Source: Deferribacterales bacterium
GTDB lineage: Bacteria; Chrysiogenota; Deferribacteres; Deferribacterales; Geovibrionaceae
DNA: 64,000 nt
Direction of reading: 5' to 3'
NCBI GenBank assembly: GCA_050251875.1
Contig: JBFWMA010000001.1
Location: forward strand, 1-64,000
Each line of letters begins with the position of its first letter. Positions within the stretch are counted from its first letter, which is position 1. The notes beneath the pieces are model-generated. The model worked only from the letters and a program-made list of their open reading frames with translations, made no database searches and was not told where the DNA came from. The translations under genes and the position numbers were made by a program. Of this stretch, positions 38,261 through 46,789 are shown one piece after another.

Positions 38261-38710
38261 TTATTCTGCTGAGTCTTCTTCTGTTGTTTCTTCGCCCTCG
38301 GGCGCGTCAACCACTACATCGTCAGAGTCAGATTTCTCGTCATCTTCTCTGGGTCTTCTGACACCGGGTTTTTTGGCGAAGCGTTTAGCGCCGGTATCCT
38401 TTTTAGGATTGAGTTTGAATTTTTTCTCATCGATGGCGACAATGACAAATCTGAGAACGTTTTCGTTGTAACGGTAACGGATTGTCAGCTCGTCAGGATA
38501 GTTTTCGGAAGCCTCAAACTGGATAAGATAGTAGTAGCCTTCAGCGTAGTTTTCTATGGAATAAGCCATAGTAACTCTGCCCCACGCTTCTACTTTGATG
38601 ATCTTTCCGCCGTTCTGCTCGATGTTGTTCTTGTAGAACTCAAGCTCTTTTTCGAGCTCATCCTGTTGCAGGTCGGGGCGGACGATGAATACGGTTTCGT
38701 AAGTGTTCAT
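38261..38710 (-). CDS. rpsF: 30S ribosomal protein S6
   Basis: MNTYETVFIVRPDL, WG...AY.I, acidic tail; AAGGAGG RBS before ATG 38710. Confidence 0.95.
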   Translation of the reverse strand: MNTYETVFIVRPDLQQDELEKELEFYKNNIEQNGGKIIKVEAWGRVTMAYSIENYAEGYYYLIQFEASENYPDELTIRYRYNENVLRFVIVAIDEKKFKLNPKKDTGAKRFAKKPGVRRPREDDEKSDSDDVVVDAPEGEETTEEDSAE

Positions 38711-38714
38711 ATAT

Positions 38715-38768
38715 CCTCCTTCGTGGATTAAATAGCCGTATATTTTATATATATACAGCAAAGGTGGT
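38715..38768 (-). promoter_or_regulatory. S6:S18-type ribosomal protein leader RNA
   Basis: CCUUU able to pair with the AAGG of the SD, internal hairpin GCUGUAUAU/AUAUACGGC, and CCA just before the SD. Confidence 0.55.
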
Positions 38769-38859
38769 TGTGACTTTTAACAGGATACATATGAAAAGTC
38801 AATGTTAATAATCTTGAAACCTGCTTTGTATATGCTATCATCACCCAAAAGGAGAAAAT

Positions 38860-39858
38860 ATGGAAAATATATCAGCAGATTCCGCCGGACACTCAGGGTT
38901 CAGATTTTCAGGGCGGGCCGGAGAATATTTCAGCATATGGATAGTCAATATCCTGCTGAGCATAGTCACATTCGGGATTTATTCCGCATGGGCGAAGGTC
39001 AGGAGAAAGAGATATTTTTACGGATGCACCACTCTTGACGGCTCATGTTTTGAATATCTGGCGGAGCCGAAGCGGATTCTGATCGGAAGGATTATCGTCT
39101 TTTCGCTTTATACAGTATGGATTGGCGTTTCAAAGCTCGCTCCGGTGTTCAGCGTTGTTCTGTTAATACCGCTGGCGCTCTTTATTCCTGTAATCATTAA
39201 TAAGGCTCTTAAATTTAACGCTTATAATACAAGCTATAGAAATGTAAGGTTCTATTATCAGTCATCCTATAAAGAGACTCTGTATGTTTTTGTCCTGCTC
39301 GGAGCGCTGTCGGCAATAACTCTGGGCATCATGTTTCCATACTATGTCTACCGCATCAAAAAACACATAATAGAGCACAGCAGATACGGGCTTCAGCATT
39401 TTCATTTCAGCGGAAGACCCGGCAGGTTTTATTCAATATATATAGGCGTTGCCGTTATAGCTGTTTGCATGACAATAGCCGGGGCGGCTATGATAAAGGT
39501 TATTCCTCTGCTTGTTCCTTTCATCTGGATTCTGGGATATGCCTTTGCGACAACACATCTGTATGTTTCCCAGACCAACTACATTTTTGATAACGTCAGG
39601 CTTAGAGATATCAAATTCAGAAGCACTATGAATTCGTCAGGCTATTTTTTAATAGCGGCTGTGAATTATTTTGTGATAGCGCTGACTCTGGGGCTGATGA
39701 TCCCCTGGGCAAAAATCAGAATCACCAGATACAGGCTGGAGAACATGGCTGTGCTGGCAGGCAGCAGCCTCGATTCTTTCGCCGCGGAAGAATTCGCTCA
39801 GGTGGGAGCGACAGGCGAGGAGTTCAGCGACTTTTTTGACTTTGACATGGGACTGTGA
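38860..39858 (+). CDS. YjgN/DUF898 membrane protein
   Basis: FSG..GEYF.IWIVN.LL...T.GIYSAWAKVR..RY. Confidence 0.9.
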   Translation: MENISADSAGHSGFRFSGRAGEYFSIWIVNILLSIVTFGIYSAWAKVRRKRYFYGCTTLDGSCFEYLAEPKRILIGRIIVFSLYTVWIGVSKLAPVFSVVLLIPLALFIPVIINKALKFNAYNTSYRNVRFYYQSSYKETLYVFVLLGALSAITLGIMFPYYVYRIKKHIIEHSRYGLQHFHFSGRPGRFYSIYIGVAVIAVCMTIAGAAMIKVIPLLVPFIWILGYAFATTHLYVSQTNYIFDNVRLRDIKFRSTMNSSGYFLIAAVNYFVIALTLGLMIPWAKIRITRYRLENMAVLAGSSLDSFAAEEFAQVGATGEEFSDFFDFDMGL

Positions 39859-40877
39859 TGGAGTTCTCAGGCTATTACTATAACGGCAAAAACTCAGGCA
39901 GAGAGGATGTCTCGGCTGAGTTTATAAACGGCAGAATAATTGTGCGTTCAGACAGAGGCGTCCTCTGTGATTACAACGCCGACAGCGTTTTGATGAAGAG
40001 TGGTGTCGGAAGCGCTCCGTCGCACATAATTTTCCCGGACGGCTCGTCCGTTGAGACGAAAGACAATGCCGCTGTTAATCATATTCAGGCGTCCCTGAAA
40101 AAAAACAGTCTGTGGCTTTTTGTTGGCAGGCTGGAAAGCCGCCGCAGATATATATTTTTATCGTTTGTGTCTGTGGTGCTTATTTTTCTGGGCGCTTTTT
40201 TCTATGGCGTGCCGGCTCTGTCGAAGGCGGTGGCGTTCTCTCTCCCCGTTGAGACCAACAGGGTGATCGCAAACGGAACGCTGAAGATGCTGGATGAGCA
40301 TCTGTTTTCCCCGAGCCGTCTGACCGTTGAGAGAAAGGCGGGACTCACTGAAAGTTTTGACAGAATGCTGAGAGGGCTTCCGGAAGGATTTGAGTATAAA
40401 CTTGTGTTCCGCTCCGGCGGAAAACTCGGTGCCAATGCCATGGCTCTGCCGGACGGCACCGTGGTTGTCACTGACGAGCTGGTGAATCTATCAGGCAGGG
40501 ATGAGGAGATTACGGCTGTTCTGGCTCATGAGCTTGGGCATGTGGCGATGAGACACGGCGTCAGAACTCTGCTTCAGGGATCTGTCATATCCGCCGCTGT
40601 TATTGCCGTCACTGGGGACGTGTCTTCTCTGACTGTGGGTATCCCGGCGCTTCTTGTTAAATCGAAATATTCCAGAGAATTCGAGAGGGAAGCGGACCGG
40701 TTCGCGATAAAGCTGCTGACGGAGCATAATATTTCTGTTATTTATTTTGCGGATATACTGACAAAGCTGAGCGAACAGCACAAAGAGTCAGGAAGCAGGG
40801 TGACGGATTATATCTCGTCACATCCGGCGACTAAAGAGAGAGTAAAGATGATCCGAGAAGCGGCAGAAGGTATTTAG
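39858..40877 (+). CDS. M48 family metallopeptidase
   Basis: NA.ALP.G, AVLAHELGH, YSR..E.EAD, SSHP...ER; usual partner of DUF898. Confidence 0.9.
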   Translation: MEFSGYYYNGKNSGREDVSAEFINGRIIVRSDRGVLCDYNADSVLMKSGVGSAPSHIIFPDGSSVETKDNAAVNHIQASLKKNSLWLFVGRLESRRRYIFLSFVSVVLIFLGAFFYGVPALSKAVAFSLPVETNRVIANGTLKMLDEHLFSPSRLTVERKAGLTESFDRMLRGLPEGFEYKLVFRSGGKLGANAMALPDGTVVVTDELVNLSGRDEEITAVLAHELGHVAMRHGVRTLLQGSVISAAVIAVTGDVSSLTVGIPALLVKSKYSREFEREADRFAIKLLTEHNISVIYFADILTKLSEQHKESGSRVTDYISSHPATKERVKMIREAAEGI

Positions 40878-41786
40878 ATGGCTGGTTTTGAAAAGGAATA
40901 CACTATCACGGCGGAAGAGGGCGGCAAGAGGCTCGACTCATATATATCCGCTGTGACGGATATTTCCAGATCCCACGCTGAGCGCCTGATATCAGAGGGG
41001 CATGTTTTCGTTAACGGTGTTCTGAAAGAAAAAAAATATAAAATCAGCATCGGAGACGTGCTTGATATCAAGGTTCCCGCCGAGAAAGTGCCTGATCTTA
41101 CCCCCAGGGAAATGGATATCTCTGTGATATTCGAATGTGAGCAGTACGCCGTTATAGACAAGCCGGCGGGGATTACCGTGCATCCGGCGGCGGGTACAGG
41201 TGACGACACCATAGTGAACGGTCTGCTCCACAGATTCGACATCAGAGACGATAACGATGTCCGACCCGGAATAGTGCACAGGCTGGACAAGGACACGTCC
41301 GGCATACTTCTGGTGGCGAAGAACAGAACCGCCAGAGAAAGGCTGTCCAAACTGTTCGCCGACAGAGAGGTGGACAAGAGCTATCTGGCTGTCTGCTGGG
41401 GAAATCCGAAGTTCGACCATATGGTTTTAGAGGCTCCGGTGGGGCGGCATATTAAGGACAGAAAAAAGATGTCGGTGACCGAAAACGGGCGCTATGCTAA
41501 AAGTGAAATCACTGTTCTAAAACGGCTGAGGGGCGCATTTTTGGCTGAAGTTAAAATATACACCGGACGTACACACCAGATCAGGGTGCACATGAGCCAT
41601 CTGGGTTTTCCGGTTGCCGGAGACAAGGTGTATGGTAATAGAAATTCCCTTAGTCTAAAGATAGATAGGCAGGCTCTGCACTCCCGCAGATTGAGCTTTA
41701 CCGACCCCTTTTCGGGTGAAAAAATGGAGTTCGTGTCACCCATGCCGGATGACATGGAAATGTTAATAAAAAGACTGGATTTGTGA
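40878..41786 (+). CDS. rluD: RluA/RluD-family pseudouridine synthase
   Basis: S4 domain, KPAG..VHP, GIVHRLDKDTSG, TGRTHQIRVH. Confidence 0.9.
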   Translation: MAGFEKEYTITAEEGGKRLDSYISAVTDISRSHAERLISEGHVFVNGVLKEKKYKISIGDVLDIKVPAEKVPDLTPREMDISVIFECEQYAVIDKPAGITVHPAAGTGDDTIVNGLLHRFDIRDDNDVRPGIVHRLDKDTSGILLVAKNRTARERLSKLFADREVDKSYLAVCWGNPKFDHMVLEAPVGRHIKDRKKMSVTENGRYAKSEITVLKRLRGAFLAEVKIYTGRTHQIRVHMSHLGFPVAGDKVYGNRNSLSLKIDRQALHSRRLSFTDPFSGEKMEFVSPMPDDMEMLIKRLDL

Positions 41787-41875
41787 TAATATTCTGAACT
41801 TGCGCTAACTAGTTACGGGTGTTCAAACCCGCCCGGGATGCCGGAAATCTTTTAATCCTAAAACGATGTTTCTTG

Positions 41876-41928
41876 TTGACACCTTTACAGGTTCATGATA
41901 GATACTGCATACTGTATACAAAATACAG
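41876..41928 (+). promoter_or_regulatory. nuo promoter region with TGTATACA palindrome inside four 7-nt ATAC repeats
   Basis: TTGACA 41876-41881; GATACTG-CATACTG-TATACAA-AATACAG 41901-41928. Confidence 0.55.
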
Positions 41929-41937
41929 AGGTGAGGT

Positions 41938-42291
41938 ATGAGTGGATATTTGCCTATAGTACTTTTTCTTCTTGTGGCCGGAGCTCTCGGCATAGTCATT
42001 ATGTTCGTAGGAGCCATAATCAGCCCGAAGAAATATGAGAAGGTTAAATTCAGCGTTTATGAGTGCGGTATGCCCTCGCTGGATGAGAACAGAAAGCGTC
42101 TGAACCTGAGGTTCTACATCATCGCTATGCTGTTTGTGATTTTTGACGTGGAGACAGTTTTTCTGTATCCCTGGGCCGTGGCGTTTGACCTGATCGGCCT
42201 GTTCGGTCTTATCGAGATGATACTTTTCATCGTAATTCTTGTTTTCGGCTATTTTTATGCATGGCAGAAAGGAGCGTTAGAATGGGTTTAA
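41938..42291 (+). CDS. nuoA: NADH-quinone oxidoreductase subunit A
   Basis: [29 protein letters not shown]. Confidence 0.96.
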   Translation: MSGYLPIVLFLLVAGALGIVIMFVGAIISPKKYEKVKFSVYECGMPSLDENRKRLNLRFYIIAMLFVIFDVETVFLYPWAVAFDLIGLFGLIEMILFIVILVFGYFYAWQKGALEWV

Positions 42292-42758
42292 TCGAAAGAA
42301 AATTACCTGACAACGTACTCACTACATCTGTTGATACCGTTATCAACTATTGTAGAAAATCTTCTATCTGGCCAGTGACCTTCGGTCTTGCCTGCTGCGC
42401 TATCGAAATGATGGCCTGCGGCGCGGCAAAGTATGACTTCGACAGGATGGGTATCATTTTCCGTGGTACACCCCGTCAGTCTGACCTTATGATAGTTGCC
42501 GGGACAGTGACAAGGAAGATGGCCCCTGTAGTTAGAAAGGTCTACCTGCAGATGCCCGAACCCAAGTGGGTTATCGCAATCGGAAGCTGCGCGACCAGCG
42601 GCGGTATCTATAACACCTATTCTACAGTGCAAGGTGTTGACGAGATTATCCCCGTTGATTTCTATGTTCCCGGCTGCCCCCCCAGACCTGAAGCGTTCTA
42701 CGATGCCATCGTAGCCCTCCAGCAAAAAATCATGACTGAAAAAGTCATAAGAAAGTAA
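42282..42758 (+). CDS. nuoB: NADH-quinone oxidoreductase subunit B
   Basis: [32 protein letters not shown]. Confidence 0.97.
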   Translation: MGLIERKLPDNVLTTSVDTVINYCRKSSIWPVTFGLACCAIEMMACGAAKYDFDRMGIIFRGTPRQSDLMIVAGTVTRKMAPVVRKVYLQMPEPKWVIAIGSCATSGGIYNTYSTVQGVDEIIPVDFYVPGCPPRPEAFYDAIVALQQKIMTEKVIRK

Positions 42759-42770
42759 GGAGAGGATGCA

Positions 42771-43268
42771 ATGACATTTGAACAGCTTGTCCAAAATCTG
42801 GACGCACAGTTCTCTGGAAAGCTTAACTGCTATACAGAGTACAAGTGCAACTTCATAAAAGTGAAAGACGCTTCCGTTTACAAAGAAGTTCTGAAAGCTC
42901 TTAAAAACGACGCATCTTTCCTGTACATCGTAGATGTAGTTGCCACACACTGGCCCAAAAAGAAAGAGAAGTTCGAGATAACAGTCAACCTGTTCTCTAT
43001 CCAGAACAAGCTCAGAATTTTTGTTAAAGTTGCCGGTGAGGACAACAAATTCCCCTCTATCACAGACATCTGGAAAGGTGCCGACCTGATGGAGAGAGAG
43101 CAGTACGACCTTATGGGCATTATCTTTGAAGGACACCCGAACCTGAAGAGGGTTCTGCTTCCCGAGTTCTTCGAGGGTCACCCTTTAAGAAAAGACTTTC
43201 CGCTTAAAGAAAGAGCCTGGTTCAACAATGCTGATGAGCAGGGTCTCGGTCTTAAGTTTTCAAGGTAG
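42771..43268 (+). CDS. nuoC: NADH-quinone oxidoreductase subunit C
   Basis: ERE.YDL.GI.F.GHP.L.R, GHPLRKDFP. Confidence 0.95.
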   Translation: MTFEQLVQNLDAQFSGKLNCYTEYKCNFIKVKDASVYKEVLKALKNDASFLYIVDVVATHWPKKKEKFEITVNLFSIQNKLRIFVKVAGEDNKFPSITDIWKGADLMEREQYDLMGIIFEGHPNLKRVLLPEFFEGHPLRKDFPLKERAWFNNADEQGLGLKFSR

Positions 43269-43277
43269 GGACTGATA

Positions 43278-44459
43278 ATGAGCTATAACAACATTTCAGA
43301 AGTAGTTACCGTCAACATGGGACCTCAGCACCCCTCTACACACGGGGTTTTGAGGCTTGTGGTTGATCTCGACGGCGAAACCATTGTCAATGTGGAGCCC
43401 GATGTAGGCTATCTGCACAGAGGCACTGAAAAACTGGCCGAGAACAGAACATATCACCAGTGTATCCCACTCACAGACAGACTTGACTACCTTTCACCTC
43501 TTTCAAATAACCTTGCCTACTGCCTGGCAGTAGAGAAGTTTTTCGATGTTAAGATACCTGAGAGAGCGGACTATCTCAGAGTAATACTTGCCGAGCTGGC
43601 GAGAGTCGCTTCTCACCTTGTGTGGATCGCTACTCACGCTCTCGACATTGGCGCCATGACCGTTTTCCTGTATGCTTTCCGTGAGCGCGAGGAAATCCTC
43701 GACCTTTTCGAGATCGGTACAGGTCAGCGTATGACCAGCTCCTGGATCAGAATCGGCGGTATCAGAGCCGATATGCCCGAGGAGTTCTTTGTCAGAGCTA
43801 AAGATTTCGTAGAAAGATTCGACAAAAACGTTGATACATACGAAAACCTGCTGACAAACAACAGAATCTGGAAAATGCGTACAATCGGCATCGGTCACCT
43901 TTCCGCTGAAGATGTTCAGGATTACGGAACATCAGGTCCTCTTATGAGAGGATCAGGCGTTGACTTCGACCTGAGACGTGATGAACCCTATTGCTGCTAT
44001 GATAAGTTTCAGTGGGAAATTCCCGTTCAGCCCGAAGGCGATACATACGCAAGATATAAAGTCAGAATGAAAGAACTCCGTGAGGCTAACAAAATCGTTG
44101 GTCAGGCTCTGGAAACACTGCCTGCCGGTTCTGTTATGACAGACGACCCCAGAGTGGCACTGCCCGCTCACGAGGACGTTTATGAGCGCATGGAAGCTCT
44201 TATCAGAAGATTCTATATAGTTTCCAAAGGCTTCAAAGCACCCAAAGGCGAAACATATCAGGGTATCGAAGCTCCTAAAGGCGAGCTCGGATTCTATATC
44301 GTTTCCGAAGGCGAAGAGAGACCTTACAGAATGAAAGTAAGAGCTCCCTCCTATGTCAACCTCGGCGCTCTGAATCATATGGCTAAAGGCCACATGCTTG
44401 CTGACCTCGTTGCCATCATCGGTACAAATGACGTTGTACTCGGTGAGATCGACAGATAA
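43278..44459 (+). CDS. nuoD: NADH-quinone oxidoreductase subunit D
   Basis: NMGPQHPSTHGVLRL, GYLHRG.EK, EAPKGE, GEIDR; no NiFe CxxC. Confidence 0.97.
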   Translation: MSYNNISEVVTVNMGPQHPSTHGVLRLVVDLDGETIVNVEPDVGYLHRGTEKLAENRTYHQCIPLTDRLDYLSPLSNNLAYCLAVEKFFDVKIPERADYLRVILAELARVASHLVWIATHALDIGAMTVFLYAFREREEILDLFEIGTGQRMTSSWIRIGGIRADMPEEFFVRAKDFVERFDKNVDTYENLLTNNRIWKMRTIGIGHLSAEDVQDYGTSGPLMRGSGVDFDLRRDEPYCCYDKFQWEIPVQPEGDTYARYKVRMKELREANKIVGQALETLPAGSVMTDDPRVALPAHEDVYERMEALIRRFYIVSKGFKAPKGETYQGIEAPKGELGFYIVSEGEERPYRMKVRAPSYVNLGALNHMAKGHMLADLVAIIGTNDVVLGEIDR

Positions 44460-44471
44460 GGGGTGACAAAA

Positions 44472-44978
44472 ATGGCTAACGAAGTAAAGGAAACTGAATC
44501 AGCTAACAAAGAGATCGACTTTACAGCATGCGACGAGATATGCGAAAAGTACAAAGATTGGAAAGGGGCCACAATCCCCGTTCTTCAGCAGGTACAGGAA
44601 GCATACGGCTATCTCTTTTCAGAAATAGTTGAAAGAATCGCCGATAACCTCAATATGTCTGCACACCAGATATATGGCGTTATAACCTTTTACGCACAGT
44701 TCTACACACAGCCCAGAGGAAAATACATAATCAGGGTTTGCAGAGGAACTGCTTGTCACGTACAGGGTTCAGGACGAATCTCAGAAATCGTTAACGAAGA
44801 GTTCCATATTAAAAACGGCGAAACAAGCGCAGACCTTAAGTTCACACTTGAGGAAGTGTCTTGCATCGGCGCATGCGGAATGGCTCCCGTTATCATGATT
44901 AACAATAAAACATACGGCAACCTGAAACCTGAAGAGGCTAGAAAGATCTTCAGGGATTATGCAGAACTTCAGGGGTAG
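44472..44978 (+). CDS. nuoE: NuoE/HydC-like [2Fe-2S] subunit
   Basis: VCRGTACHV.G, CIGACGMAP. Confidence 0.92.
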   Translation: MANEVKETESANKEIDFTACDEICEKYKDWKGATIPVLQQVQEAYGYLFSEIVERIADNLNMSAHQIYGVITFYAQFYTQPRGKYIIRVCRGTACHVQGSGRISEIVNEEFHIKNGETSADLKFTLEEVSCIGACGMAPVIMINNKTYGNLKPEEARKIFRDYAELQG

Positions 44979-44981
44979 GTT

Positions 44982-46769
44982 ATGAGTTACACAACAGATC
45001 ACGTTGAAGTACACGTCTGTATGGGAACTGCGGGAGTTGCTTCCGGCGGACACGAGGTTATGGACGCTCTGAACGAAGAGTTCGAGAAAAGAGGCCTCAA
45101 AAACGCGGAATCAAAAGAACGCAACTGCTCAGCTAAGCAGACAGGATGCAGAGGACTCTGCGCCCGTGACGTACTTATTGACGTTTATATCCCCGGCAAA
45201 GATGCCATTACATACGAACACGTTACCGCTGAGATGGTTCCCACTATCGTTGAGGAACACATCGTTAACGGAAACATCGTAGAAAAATGGGCAGCTAAAG
45301 CCGACTATTTTCAGTTTTACGACAAGCAGAAACGTTATGTTCTTGCTGACTGCGGACGTGTCGATCCTGAGAGCCTTGAAGACTATATCGGTCTCGGCGG
45401 ATATGAAGCCATCAAGAAAGCTCTGACTATGACACCCGAGCAGGTTATAGACGAAGTCAAAAAATCCGGTCTGAGAGGCAGGGGGGGCGGCGGTTTCCCC
45501 ACAGGTCTGAAATGGACTTTCTGCCGTAACAGCCCCGGCGATCACAAATATCTTATCTGCAACGCGGATGAGGGTGACCCCGGCGCGTTCATGGACCGTT
45601 CTATCATCGAAGGTAACCCCCACGCTGTTATCGAGGGTATGCTTATCGCCGGCTATGCTATCGGATGTGACGAAGGCTACATCTACTGTCGTGCGGAATA
45701 TCCCCTTGCTATCGAAAGGGTTATCAAGGCTATTAAAGACGCTGAAAAAATGGGAATTCTCGGAGACAAGGTTCTCGGCACTGACTTCCACTTCAAACTG
45801 AAGCTGAAAGAAGGAGCCGGAGCGTTTGTTTGCGGCGAGGAAACAGCTCTTATCGCTTCTATCGAAGGCGAGAGAGGCATGCCCCGTCCCAGACCTCCTT
45901 TCCCCGCTGTTAAGGGTCTGTGGCAGAAACCCTCTAACGTTAACAACGTTGAGACTTTCGCCAACCTTCCCGGCATCATCCTTAAAGGCTCCGACTGGTA
46001 CGCAGGTATCGGAACAGAGAAGTCAAAAGGTACAAAGATCTTCGCCCTTTCAGGCAAGGTTAAGTCTACCGGACTTGTTGAAGTTCCTATGGGTATTACA
46101 GTACGCGAACTTATTTTTGATGTTGGCGGCGGTATTCCTAAAAAGAGAAAGTTCAAGGCTGTTCAGCTCGGCGGTCCCTCAGGCGGCTGTCTTACACCTG
46201 ATCACCTTGAGACACCTATAGACTATGACTCACTGATCGCGGCCGGAGCCATGATGGGTTCAGGCGGTGTGGTTGTTATGGATGAGACCAACTGTATGGT
46301 TAACGTTGCTCACTTCTTCCTGACATTCACACAGAGAGAGTCCTGCGGTAAGTGTATCCCCTGCCGTATCGGTACCAAAACCATGCTTGATATTCTCGCG
46401 AGAATAACAAACGGTGAGGGCCGCGAAGAGGATATTCAAAACCTTCTGGACATCGGTCAGGATATTAAGACTGCGTCACTCTGCGGTCTGGGTCAGACAG
46501 CTCCGAACCCCGTACTTACTACTATTAAGTACTTCAGACATGAGTATGAGGCACACATCAGGGACAAAAAATGCCCCGCCAGAGAGTGCGCAGAGCTCAT
46601 CGAGTTCGTTGTTGTTGACGACAGATGCAAGAAGTGCGGTATATGCAAAAAAGCATGCCCTGTTGATGCTATCACATGGGAGAAAGGAACAGTCGCTTAC
46701 ATCGACAAGAGCAAATGCGTGAAATGTCGTGAATGTATCGTCAACTGTCCTTTCAACGCAATAGATTAA
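44982..46769 (+). CDS. nuoF: Extended NuoF (HydB/BfuB-type) FMN/NAD(H) subunit
   Basis: GLRGRGGGGFPTG, NADEGDPGAFMDR, FVCGEETAL, GGPSGG, ESCGKCIPCR; extra N-terminal thioredoxin-like domain and C-terminal 2x[4Fe-4S]. Confidence 0.93.
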   Translation: MSYTTDHVEVHVCMGTAGVASGGHEVMDALNEEFEKRGLKNAESKERNCSAKQTGCRGLCARDVLIDVYIPGKDAITYEHVTAEMVPTIVEEHIVNGNIVEKWAAKADYFQFYDKQKRYVLADCGRVDPESLEDYIGLGGYEAIKKALTMTPEQVIDEVKKSGLRGRGGGGFPTGLKWTFCRNSPGDHKYLICNADEGDPGAFMDRSIIEGNPHAVIEGMLIAGYAIGCDEGYIYCRAEYPLAIERVIKAIKDAEKMGILGDKVLGTDFHFKLKLKEGAGAFVCGEETALIASIEGERGMPRPRPPFPAVKGLWQKPSNVNNVETFANLPGIILKGSDWYAGIGTEKSKGTKIFALSGKVKSTGLVEVPMGITVRELIFDVGGGIPKKRKFKAVQLGGPSGGCLTPDHLETPIDYDSLIAAGAMMGSGGVVVMDETNCMVNVAHFFLTFTQRESCGKCIPCRIGTKTMLDILARITNGEGREEDIQNLLDIGQDIKTASLCGLGQTAPNPVLTTIKYFRHEYEAHIRDKKCPARECAELIEFVVVDDRCKKCGICKKACPVDAITWEKGTVAYIDKSKCVKCRECIVNCPFNAID

Positions 46770-46789
46770 GGCAGAGGAGAGACACAGTT

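Noticed and set aside
43278..44459. NuoD as a group 4 NiFe hydrogenase large subunit
   Set aside because: No CxxC nickel motifs; the quinone-site His/Tyr motifs of NuoD are intact.
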